Of a stretch of 64,000 nucleotides of DNA, positions 23,521 to 36,930 are shown one piece after another; the stretch's first letter is position 1, and the number at the start of each line of letters is the position of its first letter. The stretch covers positions 85,002,001-85,066,000 of the forward strand of contig JAGIQG010000004.1 in NCBI GenBank assembly GCA_024679065.1. Reading direction: 5' to 3'. The notes under the pieces were generated by a model. It did no database searches. It was not told the DNA's origin and was given only the letters and a program-made list of their open reading frames with translations. Both the position numbers and the translations under genes were made by a program. Source of the stretch: Sphyrna mokarran (Eukaryota).

Positions 23521-24539
23521 TAGGAACTCCTGTCAAAGTAAACCATGTTTTGGGAATCCTGGAGGATTTTTCTCTCCTGCCATTGATTCCACCTCCCCCC
23601 CCCCACCCCCCCGACCCATCCCCATGCAAATGAGAGTGTCTGAATTCCTACTTCAATTCCATTTTCCCATCCTATCCCCCACTGTAATGACTCCTTTGTA
23701 GTATGATGACCTTTATTGCCATTATTTATATGAGGCAATCATCCACTGTTGATGCTTTTTGGGGACCAATGTGCAGATGAACAGCAGCTTTTATGTAAGA
23801 ATCGAAGGCCCAAGGGTCTTTTACACCCATTTTCTTTACAAGCTGTGTAAATTATGAGACTCTTTTTTGAAAGCAGTATGAATTTCAACAGTATTTCTTC
23901 AAAAAAGGTTATGATGCTGCAACTTCCTTTTCTTCCAAAGGGTTAGGATGGTGATATCGTTTGTTTGAAAGGGACCAGATGATAGTCTCCATTTTTGAAA
24001 GAGAATGTAATTCTCCTTTTGAAGGGATTTTGATGGTGAGTTCTTATTCACTAACAGTTGGTTCATTTTCTTAAGTGTAAATACAAGTTTCTATTTCCAT
24101 CAAAACAGCAGCACATTTATACAAAACAATCGAAAAACAAAAGAAAGATTATGAAAAAGAGTGAAGGCAAAAGGCAATGAATATTTATGTAAATCAGAGA
24201 CATCAGGCTTGACCCCTATTTCCTGCCAAATTACCATGGAAGGAAATGAACTTTGTAACATCAATTTTAATCAGTTAGGTGATAGCATAAGAAATGTCAA
24301 ATAATTGGAATAACCTTTTAAATCAATTACCATAATAATTGTCCTTTGTGTTGCGAAGAGTACTTGAAAAAGAGAAAGATGTCACTTTAATCTCTTGAAA
24401 AATGAACATGGTTTGTTTTGAAATTTAAAGCAAAGAGCTGAAGGAATCTGTTCGAAAATTTAATTTGGCAGCTGTGCCTTTTCTACCTCTCAGGGAAAAT
24501 AATGAAAACTCTCATTGAATCAGCCAGATAGAGAGAAAG

Positions 24540-24617
24540 ACATACACACAAACACACATGCATGTATGCACACACACATACACATGCACCCCCCCCCCCC
24601 ACACACACACACACACC
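24540..24617 (+). repeat. (CA)n microsatellite with a C-run
   Basis: Directly visible. Confidence 0.9.
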
Positions 24618-25384
24618 ATAATTCACTCAAAGACTGGCACATACATCCAGTAAATTCTGAAATACTTACGATTAAATAGATAGTCCTTAAAATTTGACCT
24701 GCTGACCAGATCCCCCATGTCTCCCATTGGATTTAATTCTATGCAAAGTTGAAATTGCACAGAATAGTTATTCAAATAAGCTGCAGTTCAAATTGGGAGC
24801 AGTCTTTTGACTAACATTGCACCAGCTGCTGGACAGAAAAGCTTAAACATAGCCTGGAGCAGAAAATTAATTTTTAGGTTTTTATAAGTTTAGTAGCAAT
24901 GGTTCTGTACAGCAGCAGCAGTGCCGCCAATCCACTGAAAATTCCTATGTGTTAAACGTTTTGTGAAGGCACACAGGAACCAATGGAGGAGTGCCAGGCA
25001 GAGCCAGACTGTACCAGCGCTCCGTTGTGCCTGTTTGGGCTGTTCTCACACCACAAGTACTAACAGAGGTTCAGTACTTTGCTTTGGCTGAGGATTAGTG
25101 TGTGCGGATACTCCAATTCCTAAGAGAGACTGTGGTAGCAGACTTGTTGGCACAGGCACAAGATGTGAATGTCTTATTGGCAATAACACAGGACAGTTTA
25201 TTGGAAGCATCCCAATTGCAGTTTGTCATTCTTTATATGTTAATGTATGAAAGCAAACCAATCAGACAGATCTTTTCAGGTAGAATTGCTTTTTGGATCA
25301 AAAAATCTATCTAATACAAAGGTCAATTTCTAACAGATGACAATGGTATTGCTGACTGGATTCAGGCCTAAAAGAAGCAGGATT

Positions 25385-27700
25385 TGTTCTTTGTTCTTTG
25401 AAATTGAATGGTCATTGTAGACCCCGTGATCATGTGATAACGTGATGACACGCTTCAAAAGAGGGCACATGGCAGGAGCATAGGAGTTATCCCTGGCAGC
25501 CCAGGCAGAGCACATATGTTGAAGAAACTGCTAAATTAGTGAATAAACTGAATAAACTACTTTTTGTTGTAAGTCCTTGTTGTCTGTGATCTACGAACCC
25601 ATCCCATTTACGTGCTGTTAGGAGTTGACACTATGGCACAAGGACTTCACTGCATTGGCACACTAATCTTTGATGAAAATCCTGCGGATAGTTTGGAGAA
25701 GTTCAGGATGAAGTGTGGTACTTAATGCAGTACTGCATAGTCTGATAAGTTTAAAACAGTACTGGCTTATACTCTATTAAACTTGGCAGCCTCAAGACTG
25801 TCGAATAATTTAAGTTATTCATTTTCCAGATGAAGGAGGGAAAACAAAGACCCCAAAAAGTTTGAGAATATCTGTCTCCTGGTAAAAAAAAACATTATCC
25901 TTGAAAAACTTGCATTGAATTCAACAAACCAAAGAAGAGATGAATCAATACAATCTTACACGGCCACCTTGAAAATATTGGCAAAGAAATATACGTTTGG
26001 ACCTCTCACTGAAGTACAACTCAGGGATTGAATAGTTTATGGAATTCACAGCAACTAGTCCACAAGCAGCTGCAGCAAGAGAAAGATTTAATGTTACAAA
26101 CAGCCATTAGTTTCTGTATGTTAAACAAACGATCAGAAAAAGGCTAAGATTTTAGGTAGGAAACAGAAATATTTGCCCTGCTCCAACTGCAGTGACCAGC
26201 ATCTTCTGAAAAGAACAGCTGGTTTTGCACTTGATTAAAGATGCAACACATGTGAGAAATGGAATCACTTTGCTAAGTGCTGTAGATCGAAACCACATGG
26301 CAGCCCTTCTCTGCCATCAGCAACATGGCAACTGGTCAGACATCACCCTCCCCCTCCTCCCCCTTGGTAGGAATATCAGCAAGGTGAATGAATTGGAGCT
26401 CAACAAAGCAGCAAAGCTACATAGTATCTAACAACAGTCTATTGTGAGATTGTTGACACTGTAACAGAAAAAGCTGAGATCTTCATCACCCTCAACATGA
26501 TTTGCAGCAACGGAATACTGATAATAAAGATTGACATTAGAGGAAAGTGTAATGCATTGTCCAGCCAAATGTTACGGGAAATAGGTCCATATGTGGCACC
26601 TGACTCCAGCACCCAGGTGGATCTCGTGGCTATGGTGGACAAACCATCCATCCCAAAAGTGTAGCTGCCTTCCATTGCACACAGGGAAATTTCAAGTTTC
26701 ATATAATGGACCAGAATGTAAAGCCAGTGCTCAGTCTCCAGAACAGCATAACACTGGGGCCCATTCAACTTGGTCCAAAAGTGGATTCTGTACAATACCA
26801 AGTCCTAGAGATGATAGCATACAAAGACTTCTTCAACTGTGATATTATTGGTAAGCTACCATGTGCACATCATATGAGATGAGATGATTCAGTATCTCCA
26901 ACAGTCTGTGCTCCAACTGCACTCCAGCATTGCAACGGGCTGGGAGTATATACCTCATGATGTAGAGATGCCGGCATTGGACTGGGGTAAACTCAGTAAA
27001 GTTTTACAACACCAATTCTAAATCCAATAAATTGGTTGGATTTAAAATTGGTGTTGTAAAACTTTACTGAGTATGTACCTCAACATATCTCAGTGATCGA
27101 TCCTAAATAACATCCCCTAATTCATCTCCACTGAATTTTGTAACTTGCACACAAATGGGACTTTGACCAAATCACAAGCAGCTCTCTATAACCATAATCA
27201 AAACAGTCTGGTATACTCAGCCATCTTCTGCAGAAATGTGAATGGGATCATACAGATTTACTCTGCTTTACTCTTCAACCTACAAAATCTACCACAAAGT
27301 TTACACAAAGTTAGCTCATTTAACTTGAATGTTACACAATGGTCTGTATATAATCTCCTACTGAACACATTGTCACATCTCATGCCAGGAGGTGTTCAAA
27401 CTAAAGGGGAAGATGTAGACTGAATGATCACATGATGATATGGATATGAAAGAGATAATACAGTGATAGCACTGGAACTATCCCCACGAGCAGGGACAGA
27501 GCATAAGTGTTGAAGTAATTGCTGAGTTGGTGAAAGTCCTTGCTGTCAGTGATGCAGGGACATGTTTACAGTTATGGCTCCCCACTAGAATTGCTAAAAA
27601 CCCACAAATTAAAATGACATGAGCAAGACTGTACTGTACTGTTCAATCCTCACACAGACTATAAAGTAAAACATGAAGCATGAACAGCTTTAAGCGTTGT
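25385..27700 (+). mobile_element. Decayed Ty3/Gypsy LTR retrotransposon (LTR, PBS-like site, gag, protease/pol remnants)
   Basis: LTR-like region with aataaa x2 at ~25545 and a PBS-like tgctgttaggagt at ~25613. Gag-like KNIILEKL...NSTNQRRDESIQSYTATLKILAKKYTFGPLTEVQLRD*IVYGI. Protease-like KIDIRGKCNALS at ~26525. The 3' boundary is approximate. Confidence 0.7.
26944..27082. mobile_element. Penelope-like inverted terminal insertion with 14-bp TSD
   Basis: gagtatatacctca (26944-26957) / gagtatgtacctca (27069-27082). The insert starts gatgtagagatgccggcattggactgggg. There are 37-bp inverted arms at 26991-27027 and 27036-27072. Confidence 0.75.
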
Positions 27701-29559
27701 GATGAATTTGCCATTGTATGGTCAAAAGTATTATCCAGCATTTATACCAACTGTTTAGATCAGTTGCTAAAAATAAGTCGCATGAGAAATTGATATTTAG
27801 AACAAATTTTTCAAAAATATTAAGGTAGCATTGATTTACCTTCCTGGGTTTTTCTCAATCATTCATGGTGATTTTAACTTATAAAACTGGTGAGATCAGT
27901 TGTCATGCCAGTGTTAGACTCTGCCTGGTGTTCCTTTCCACTTAAGTCAATGGAGATTACTATTGGGTGGGGTGCAAAACCAGCTGTCTATCCTCATTCC
28001 ATCAAATTTCATTGGTTTTCCACTAAGGGAATAAATTGAAATAGCTCCCAATAGTTTCCAATATTACAGGTAACAGATTGTTTGGGAAAAACTCTTTCCA
28101 CGAGTTCAGCACAACTGGAGGATGTTTGAAAAGAAAATGTGGTAAGTGGCCCTAACATGTCTGCTGCACTGAACTCGCTGTTAACTTCACACTGAGTATG
28201 TTTTCAACACTCCCCAGACACTGTATGCCATCTTTTAACTGGTACAAACCTAAACAAAATAGTGTTGGCCATTTCGACTAGCAACAAGTGTTGCATGCTG
28301 GTGTGTGCCAAAGACACTTAACTTGGAACTCCATCACTGACCCTGCTAAAGCTCATCGACTGGTTTTGAATGTTGAATTGCCTGCTAGCTAGAACTTCAT
28401 TTATCCCTGAACTCTTTCCCTTCTACCTCTGCCAAAACTGGCAATTGATTTTAAATCTTCATAAAAATTGAAACAAACATTTGTTTCCACATGTAGCACT
28501 TAACAATAAGTGTGTACATCCCTTTAATTTGAAACTGAAGACTAGAATTTCTGTTTGTCTCCGACATCAGTTATTCAAATTAGCTGAAGCAGAAAATTTG
28601 GGGTAGTCAGGGCATTATTCCATTGGCTTTGTTGTTATAGAAATGTGACATAAAGACTCACTGACCAAAAAGGCCATCGGGAGGGGTGTGGAAAAAGAAC
28701 AAGTATTGCAGGCTTGTAGAAGACAGCTATCTTTCAGCGATGACGCTATGCACACAACGATTACTGGGAAATGTAGACAGAATGTAGACAGAATCGAGTT
28801 TTTAAAGTTTATTCCAGATATCTTTCTTGAGTTCACTATCTTGGACTCCCTATCGTGCACCTGTTGGTGAGACTTTACTTCCAATAAACTAGAATGCATC
28901 TTTACCTGTCCATTATTTAGCTTCTTTCGAGGGAACTCTGGTGTCAAGCAGAAAATGTTTGTTACTGTATTCAACTTGTTCTTGCATAAACTTCTCTGAT
29001 TTTGGAAGATGGTAGATTAAAATGGATTGTGGTTCAAGCTATAAATATAAAAATGCTTACTGATGTGCATTTTTATAATAGTCAGGATTAATTAGCTGGC
29101 GAGGTGCAGCAATAAAGAGTGGGGAGAAAGTTATCTGTCTCGTTAAAATAAGATTTATTGCCTTGCTGTAACATGTCTAGCCATCTCTCCTCCTGCGTTT
29201 CTACTTCACTTGGACATAGCACTTAAAAATCAGAGGCTAAATTAACTTTTCACCATTCCTTTGCAGTCCTCAATGACGAATTCAGATGAAACATAACATT
29301 GTAACAGGAATATTTTAAACTATACAAAGAGTTCAAGTTTTTAGTATTACTCCCTATCTCAGTCCATATACACTATCAATCACAGTGTATGTTTGCAATA
29401 AACTAATTCAGTTTCCTTAAATTGAGGTGATTATAAATTCCACTATAAGTAATGAAATTAAACTAATAATACTGACAATTATTTGGCTGTGATTGAAATT
29501 AAAATTGATCATGGCCAAAAATGTTTCATTAAAACCTATAAAAGCTGCTTCTTACATCT

Positions 29560-29778
29560 GTGAAGGAAGAGGTGCCCCTACCTCTAGCCAGTCTAACTTA
29601 TATACAACTCCTGACCCACAATGCATGCTTCAATTTTAATTGTACTCCAAATTGGTTTGGCAATTCCCTTAGTTGTAGAAACAATTGCTAGCAAAAGACT
29701 ACCATCACCAACTCAGGACAGGTAGGAATGAGCAATAAATAAACCTTTGCCAGCTTTTCCCACATCCACGAAATAAGT
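29560..29778 (+). mobile_element. Old SINE 3' half sharing its tail with the LINE at 32600-33020
   Basis: Tail aggtaggaatgagcaataaataaacctttgccagc...cccacatccacgaaataa resembles ggcaattagggacggacaataaatgc at ~32952. Confidence 0.55.
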
Positions 29779-29939
29779 AGCTATTATTCCCTGTGAGCAT
29801 TGGAGGAGAATTATACGCGTGGTGATTTTGAATTGGCCTTGCCTTGTTTTCATGTGTAATTGGAATGTCAAACAACTCAAAACTGGAAAGAAAGTCATTT
29901 TCCTGTTGGGAACCCAAGGTCTGCCAAGTGTTCTCATGT

Positions 29940-30005
29940 GCTAGTGCAGACTTGATGGGCCAAAGGGTCTTTTCTGCATTGTAGGATGCTATGATTCTTG
30001 ATGAT
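29940..30005 (+). mobile_element. CR1 extreme 3' end
   Basis: gtgcagacttgatgggccaaagggtcttttctgcattgtaggatgctatgattc. Confidence 0.75.
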
Positions 30006-30399
30006 TTGTGTTTGTTTGTAGTTCATGCACGTGTGAGTGTGTTTGCTGTGGTTAATGTGAAAATAGGTTTTTAATTAAATTCCCTCAGACCCCAAGTTTC
30101 TTTGGGATCGGAGGCAATATTGGCAGATGTGTGGCCATATTTCATTGGGTTATTTGACCTTAATTTATGGACTTATGTATCAAGTGTGTTTGATGGGTTA
30201 GTGTTGGTGGTGCTAGGATATTTTGTGTTATCATATGTTCAGGGTATGTTATCATAATGGGGATATTTTGCCTAGCCCATCGCAATGCTCTAGCAGCTCA
30301 ATGGGCCAAGAGACATCCGCAGAGACCATTTATCGGGTTTCTTGCTGGGTGTCCAGGCCTCCGCGTGTCTCCCAGGTAAGGTTTTTTGGAGTAATCAGT

Positions 30400-30790
30400 T
30401 CTGTATTAGAAATTGGTGTGGAGCTGATTTAAATATTGAAGTTTCCATCGGCATCTTATTAGTGGACCCAGGACTGAAGCCTCCGGACCTGCTTGTGTCT
30501 CCACCCTGCCCCCCACCTTGTCCCTAGCTCCCCCCCACTGGGACTGGTTCACTCCAGCGGGGTTTACAATTGCTCTCTACTAATGGCCCAACACTGCTGG
30601 AGGGAAGAAGCCAATGAGATCTCCCCCCCACCCCCCCCAGGAGGTTGGGAGAAAGGGGATTGCCCCCTAGGTAGTGCCAACCTAGCAAACTGGTAATACC
30701 CACTCTGCACAGGCAGTGCCAAGGTGGTAGGCTCAGAAAGGGAAGGGCCTATTGGGGACAGCACCCATGGAGTGATTGGTGGGGGTGGAA
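30400..30790. mobile_element. Harbinger-family MITE internal fragment
   Basis: gtttactccagcggggtttac-like and cccctaggtagtgccaacc...ggcagtgccaagg motifs shared with 46150-46370 and 16080-16150. Confidence 0.5.
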
Positions 30791-31439
30791 AACTTCCTGT
30801 TCACACTCTGCACAGGGATCTGGCTGGCAATTGGGACTACATGCGCAGTCTTGAGTAATAATACATCCAGAAAGTATGATTGTGTTTTGGGTTAATCTCT
30901 GCATACTTTTTGGGGTGAAATGAAATTGGAGTAATGAAGGTGATGTTTCATATGTTAGCATATATGTCCTTGGTTGGGGTTAATGTGAGTGTATGAATGT
31001 GTGAATGTTTTTAAAGAGTGGTTTGCTGCATTAGCATTACAGGCAATCCTCAACTTTATGATGTTTAGAACATGACAAATGGCACTTATGTAATTAATAA
31101 ATTGACACCCCATTTTGACTTTACAATGTCATTTTCAATTTTACAATACCGTACCAGCATGTTCATACATGCACATCAATGTTCTGACCTGCCACCTATA
31201 TGACTGGACAAAGTCACTAGAGCCACTGTACCATCTTTATTAGATAGGAAACAAATATTTTATTTTGTTAACCCAACTGAAAGCCAACGCCAGGTTTGTT
31301 TTGGCACAACTATTACAACAGTGCTCAATGCATCACCGAATAGGCACTTGAACTTGCAAAGTTAAACAGACAACCGATCGTGATCAATAATTTCATTATA
31401 TCCCCACATTAACTTATGCTAAAATATGCAAGCAATTCA

Positions 31440-32250
31440 TTCACCTTGCTGATATTCCTATCCATGAGTTTGTTCTTGATGGTGAACCTAAGTCCATACA
31501 TCCTGGGCTGATCTTTGGGTTTTCCACTCCAGAAGAAGATGTAACCAGGCCCTTCTCCGCCCGGCTGCTCTTTGTCTGTTCCTTGGGTCTCTTGCAGGAC
31601 AGGGATGTCAATGTTAAAGTGTTTGAGTTCATGGGTAACTAGAGCAGTTCTCTGTTCCGGTTGATGTTCAGCTCATTTTTCATGGGAGCTCATACTTTCC
31701 AGGTTCTGAGATTGAGTTTAAATTTGATTTTGTGACCACAGGTTGATAAGCCAGCTGGATGTGGTTTACCAGCCAGATTACAAGCATAACAGGCTATTTT
31801 AGGGTACTGTTTCTAGCCCTCTTCCAGGGCAAATGAGCTGAATGGATCCAGAAGACGGCTGCTCTGCCATGAAGAAAGCTGCAGAAATGCTCTTCTGTTC
31901 CTACTCCAAGAACAAAATGACTGAATCAAACTCCACCACTCATGTGCCAATCCAAAGTTAGGGGCTTCCACATTGCATGGTCCTGTCCCCGTCACCACTC
32001 ACTGTTCACTGTAGGGCTTGTCTGAGTCAGGAAAGTGTCGGTTTCCTCTGGGTAGATGGGAACCATCTGCATAGATGCTTCCCATCTATGGAACTTCTTT
32101 TAACATAGGAATGTTGTTGCACATTATCAGATACAATGCCAAGGGAATCTCGATGGGAATCCTTCATTGCCCAGTGCAGCCATTGATATCACATGAGTAT
32201 CTGCCACCTGATCCGCCATTGAGGACCTTTCTCATGTGCACACCATCTAC
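31440..32250 (-). mobile_element. Highly decayed Gypsy-like internal fragments
   Basis: Minus strand has a protease-like CGHKIKFKL, a zinc-knuckle-like stretch (FCSWS...HF.A), and an integrase-like IPIEI...SDN region near 32120-32170. Confidence 0.4.
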
Positions 32251-32599
32251 ACTAGGTAAACTAGGTTAGTGAGTGGCCACAAGTGGCTCTGTAGGCTGCA
32301 AAATTGAAATCGGATTTGTTCACTAACCACTAATACAAACTGAATATTTCGTAACAAGTTATATAGAAAATACATAATCATTAATACATTCATAAAACTA
32401 TTCTCAACTCCAAGTGGTAAAAATAAAAGCAATATTACCACTTCAGAAGCAAAGTGAGTGCATGGCTCTTATACTCAATGTTGTGCACAATCACCATGTA
32501 ACTCACATCACTTGCTCTTGCTTTACATGCATATCACTTCAATCATATTGATAGGGAAAAACAACAGAAAGCAGCAGAATGTGGCATGGGCAACAGTCA

Positions 32600-33022
32600 A
32601 CAAAATATCTTGTGAACCTCATTCAAAAAACAGACTACATCTGGCCCCTGGAGCACAGGTTACCCTCCACTGATCTACAAGATGCGTGGCAGCAATGAGG
32701 GCTCCATCAACAACACCTTTCCAAACGTGCAATTTCTACCATCTAGAAAGACAACAATGCACAGGTACAGTGTTATTAGAAAATTCCCCTCCAAGTCACA
32801 TAACTTAGTCACTTGGAACCAAATGGTCATTCCTTCCCAGTGGCTGACTGGATCAAAATTCTGGAAATCCCTCCCTACCAGTACTGTGGATATACCTACA
32901 CCACATGATCTGAAGCAGTTTAAGAAGGCAGCTCATTATCACCTTCTCAAAGGCAATTAGGGACGGACAATAAATGCTACAGGGACCAGTGAAGCCTGCA
33001 AACCTTGAATGAATAAAAATAA
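32600..33022 (+). mobile_element. CR1-group LINE 3' end (second clade)
   Basis: ccatctagaaagacaa...aaattcccctccaagtcac...KFWKSLP...QFKKAAHYHLLKGN*, then aataaatg and tgaatgaataaaaa. Confidence 0.8.
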
Positions 33023-33025
33023 TGT

Positions 33026-33090
33026 GATAGAACATAGAACATTACAGCACAGAACAGGCCCTTCGGCCTTCGATGTTGCGCCGACCAATT
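33026..33090 (-). mobile_element. CR1 (family 'B') 3' end
   Basis: atagaacatagaacattacagcacagaacaggcccttcggccttcgatgttgcgccgaccaat is nearly identical to 2757-2819. Confidence 0.9.
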
Positions 33091-33224
33091 AGGAAAAAAA
33101 ATAGAGGAATCATTGGTAGAATCAGAAACATACCCTGTAAGGAAAAGAAAGGAACCGACACTGAGAAATAAACAGCTTGCAAAGGGCCAGTCTAAATGGG
33201 GGTGATAAAGTGGAGTTAACATAG

Positions 33225-33408
33225 AATTCGCATGTGTTGACTTTTCTCTATACGCTTGCTATGATTGTAACACAATATTCTGCACCCTCTCCTTTCCTTC
33301 TCCCCTGCATACTCTATGAACAGTATGTTTTAGATGTATAATGTGCAAGAAACAATAGTTTTCGCTGCATGCTACTATATGTGACAATAAATCACGTCAA
33401 ATCAAAAA
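33225..33408 (+). mobile_element. Rex1/Babar-like LINE 3' end
   Basis: Ends gttttcgctgcatgctactatatgtgacaataaatcacgtcaaatcaaa. The family assignment is from recall. Confidence 0.55.
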
Positions 33409-35349
33409 GTTGTTCTAATGTTTGGGCATACGAAATTTATAAAATGTAGTAATAATCCATTTAGTCTTTAACACTGAAATGAATGCGCAGATACGCCGGC
33501 GATTTAATTAAGTATTCAAAGAACGATGCCGGTTTAATTTTTTGGTCGCAGTCCACACCGGCTGTACCGATTTGCCAGTGAAAAGTGGCCAGGTAGGGAG
33601 TGTAATGAAGCGGCTGCCGGAGAGAGGCGCTAAACTACCGCAGAATGAAACATCTGTGGCAGGAGGCGAATATCCGCTTCCCCAGTGGAACTGCTCACCA
33701 AGTGCACTGAGCTGCATCCTGACCGCAAACAGATCTACACGGGACTATTTAAAATTACAACACTGATTAGAACAACGGCAATAAAAACCAGTGTTTAAAA
33801 CGTTACATTCCTGATTATAAGATTAATATGAAGGAGTATATTTTATGTGTTACCCGAGACTTTACATTCATAGAAAAATACCCGTAAACGTGTCCGCTAA
33901 TTCATATTTATTCTTTGCTTCTGGTCATTTTATTAGCAACCTGAAAATGACTTCCTCGAGTATCCCTGAATAATTAAATCGCAATCCGCATTTCTCTCGC
34001 TGACACGTAGGCAGTTAAAATACCTCAATTTATGTGTGTGTTGTTCGAGAGCATTAACAGTAATTAGACTGAGAAACAAGCCTGGTAGCCACCCCTCAGA
34101 GGGCATTGCTTTCTTTCTTTCACAGCGCCATGTGACTTTGTAACCCTTCTCATCATGCCAGGAATCCAGGGAATGCTAATTTCAGACAGACAGTGCCAAC
34201 TCATTGTTAATGATTGCAGTCGCGTTAATAATCGCAGTATCTGTCAAATGATCTCTCAAGTATTCCCTTTGCTCCGCTATCGGGGATTGTTCTCTGTCAC
34301 CGTCTCCTGAACTCCTCGGAATCTCCCCTCTTCCGAAAGCCTGTTTGATTTGACTGGGTTTCATACTCCCAGCTTTCTGTTCCTTTTCTCTCCCCCTGCG
34401 CGGAGTTCACATTTCTCCCCAGCGCCGCAAAATATCTTCCTTTATGTGAAGAGTGATATCCACATTTGAATAGCTATCATTATAGTTGGAAGGACAAAGG
34501 ATAATCAAGTAAGCCATTGCAAGTCGGAGCTAGCAGTGAGTTGGACTAGATCAGATAAATATTTCGGTTGTAAAATGGTCACATTAAAATATATTTCTTT
34601 CATTCTCTTGATTTATTTCGACATCTTTAATCTTAAGAACATGGTTAGCATTTTTCTGAAGATTTGAGTTCCGATTTGCCTTCTCGATGTTAGACTGAGA
34701 ATTAATTGTGTGATTACTGACAGCCTTTCAAAAGCCTTGTCCTTTTGCTGGTGTTTTTGTGCCCTAAATAAATCATTCTTTCCCCAGAGTCTAAAACTTA
34801 GAAACCCCAGTGTTTATTTTCTACAAGCTAGAATTTGTTTTCTTTAGCAAAAAAACCTACCACCTAATTAATGCTTGTCGATCAATAATCAGAAAAACAA
34901 GGGGGAAAAAAACCACATTAGCCCCCATGGTCCTTCTAACCATTATTTATTATACATCCTCTGGCAATGCCAGAACTCCCGCCAGAGACAAGAGAGGGGA
35001 ACAAAACAAAAGTAAAAGTTTACATTAAACTGCTTCTAAATATAATCCTAGATTTATATTTTTGACTCAAGTGACCCAGAAAGGAGTTTAGTTTTGAGTT
35101 CGGAGCTCCCGAACAGCAATGCCTTGCTTTGCGGAAGAATGGAACTATGCTGATTTAGCGCTCAGTGGGAGTTTTACCCCTGTCGCCACAGCAAGAGGTG
35201 TTTGTTTAGAAAGGGGAAACTCAATTTGCATGTGTCAGGGATTTAAAAAAAAGAGAATAGCAATCAAACAGACATGCCGTGAAAGATAGAAGCGATGCAA
35301 TATCTACAGAGAAAGGGGAGAGAAGGAAGCTATATAAAAAACAGCCCTG

Positions 35350-35620
35350 TACTGCATTTGGAAGTTTCAATTCCCGTCTGAGTTGGCTCATCCCAAATAG
35401 GTTTGTTTAATGGATACTGCAATTAGCTTCAATATCCTCACATTGAAAAGAGAAAAGGAATCTCCTCCTCATTATCTGTGACCCTGCTGTGTGCCTGCCT
35501 CGCACGGTGATCCACACAGGATCCAACGTGTCTCTCTCATATCGCCTGTGGCCCAGCAGCCTTTTGGCACTGACTTTTCAATCTCCCACATAGAGAATAT
35601 GTCACTTCAGCAAAGAATCA
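35350..35620 (+). mobile_element. Ancient LF-SINE-like relic
   Basis: gtttcaattcccgtctgagttggctcatccc...tgcaattagcttca...tatctgtgaccctgctg, similar to 45350-45560. Confidence 0.4.
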
Positions 35621-36804
35621 GAAGGCTAAGCTCAGGGTGAGGCAGTGCGATTTAGGGTTATAGTAATCCAGGCCAGCTATGTTAACACATTCCTGGAGTT
35701 GTTTGAGTCTGTCCTCGCCTTCTTTTCATTTCACACCTTCTGCTGCCTTATTTTCTCCCATCTCAGTAAATATTCCAGGTGAGGGTTTCAGTCACTGGCT
35801 CTGTCACAGCCTGGTTGTAGTATCGCTTTCACTGCCCCAATCAATCACCTAACTTAGCACAAAGCAGGATTTAAACAGGGACTACTGGTCTGACAGGCTT
35901 AGCTCCAGTACCTTACAACAGCTGAGCTCGGTGTGATTTATAACATATTTTCGATTCCATTTTCTCACCGAGTTTACACCGACAATGCTCAAAATGAATT
36001 CATGTCACCTCACTGTTACAGTGCTGGCTTCTTCCTGTCAGTGTTAGACAGACTTTGTTTCGACTTGTTTATTAATTCCTTTTATTAAAATGTTTACTGG
36101 GGGTGGGTGGAGGGAGTGGAATCTGTTCCGTTGTTCCAATATCTGAACTCGCTCCCAACCTATCTGTTTAATTGTAGTGTTATGTATCACGGGGTCGAAC
36201 TATATGTCAATCAGCCGTGACCAGTTTCCCCTTATCCCGAGAGCTCTTGTTTTATTGAGTGCCAGTGTAACTTTATTTCATCTTCTTTCAGTGATGTTTC
36301 CATGAAATTCCTGAGCTTGTGGTAGCCAGAAACTCACTCTCTCGCACAGCCAGAGGCTAACGCCGCGGATATCTTTCTTCCTCTCTCCCTCACCGAGAAT
36401 CGAAGCACCAGTTTAAACATCAAAAGATTTACGAATGAACATATAAATACAAATGTTATTTTTCTCGCTGAAATGTGATGGTTTCTCGAATCTGTAAAAG
36501 AAAAAAAGGCATCTTTAATAAACTTCACACGGGTGAAGGGAAGAAGAAAAGTGAGATAAAGGACGTTTGAGTAAACTTGTCCAAGGTTTAAAAGTGTTAT
36601 AAATGAATGATCGCGATGCAATTAAAATGTGTGATTTTTGGAGCAATTGTGAATTGCAATCAGGCGGGTTTTTGGGGGGGATGTTGATGAATGTTTGTAC
36701 AATGTAGTTCTGAATGAACTCGGCAGCGGTTGTAATAAAAGTTTACCACGGGTTGGGACAATGTGAAATCTGCCTTCAAGAACCTGGCGTGAGGACCCCT
36801 TTCG

Positions 36805-36930
36805 GGTTTGGGTTGATTGGCTGTGTGGGGCTGAGGGCGTTTGCGATTGGTAGGAAGATGAGTGGTGTCTACAGCGTGCCTGAGAGGCGGGACAAGGAGG
36901 TAGAGCAGGTTAGGTGGGCAGTGAGCGAGG
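36805..36930 (+). promoter_or_regulatory. TATA-less core promoter: two reverse CCAAT boxes plus GC-type boxes
   Basis: ATTGG at 36816-36820 and 36846-36850 (30-bp spacing), gaggcggga at 36884-36892 and ggtgggc at ~36913, about 500-600 bp upstream of the ATG. Confidence 0.7.

Noticed and set aside
28104-28122. RE1/NRSE-like ttcagcac
   Set aside because: The right half-site (ggacag) is absent.
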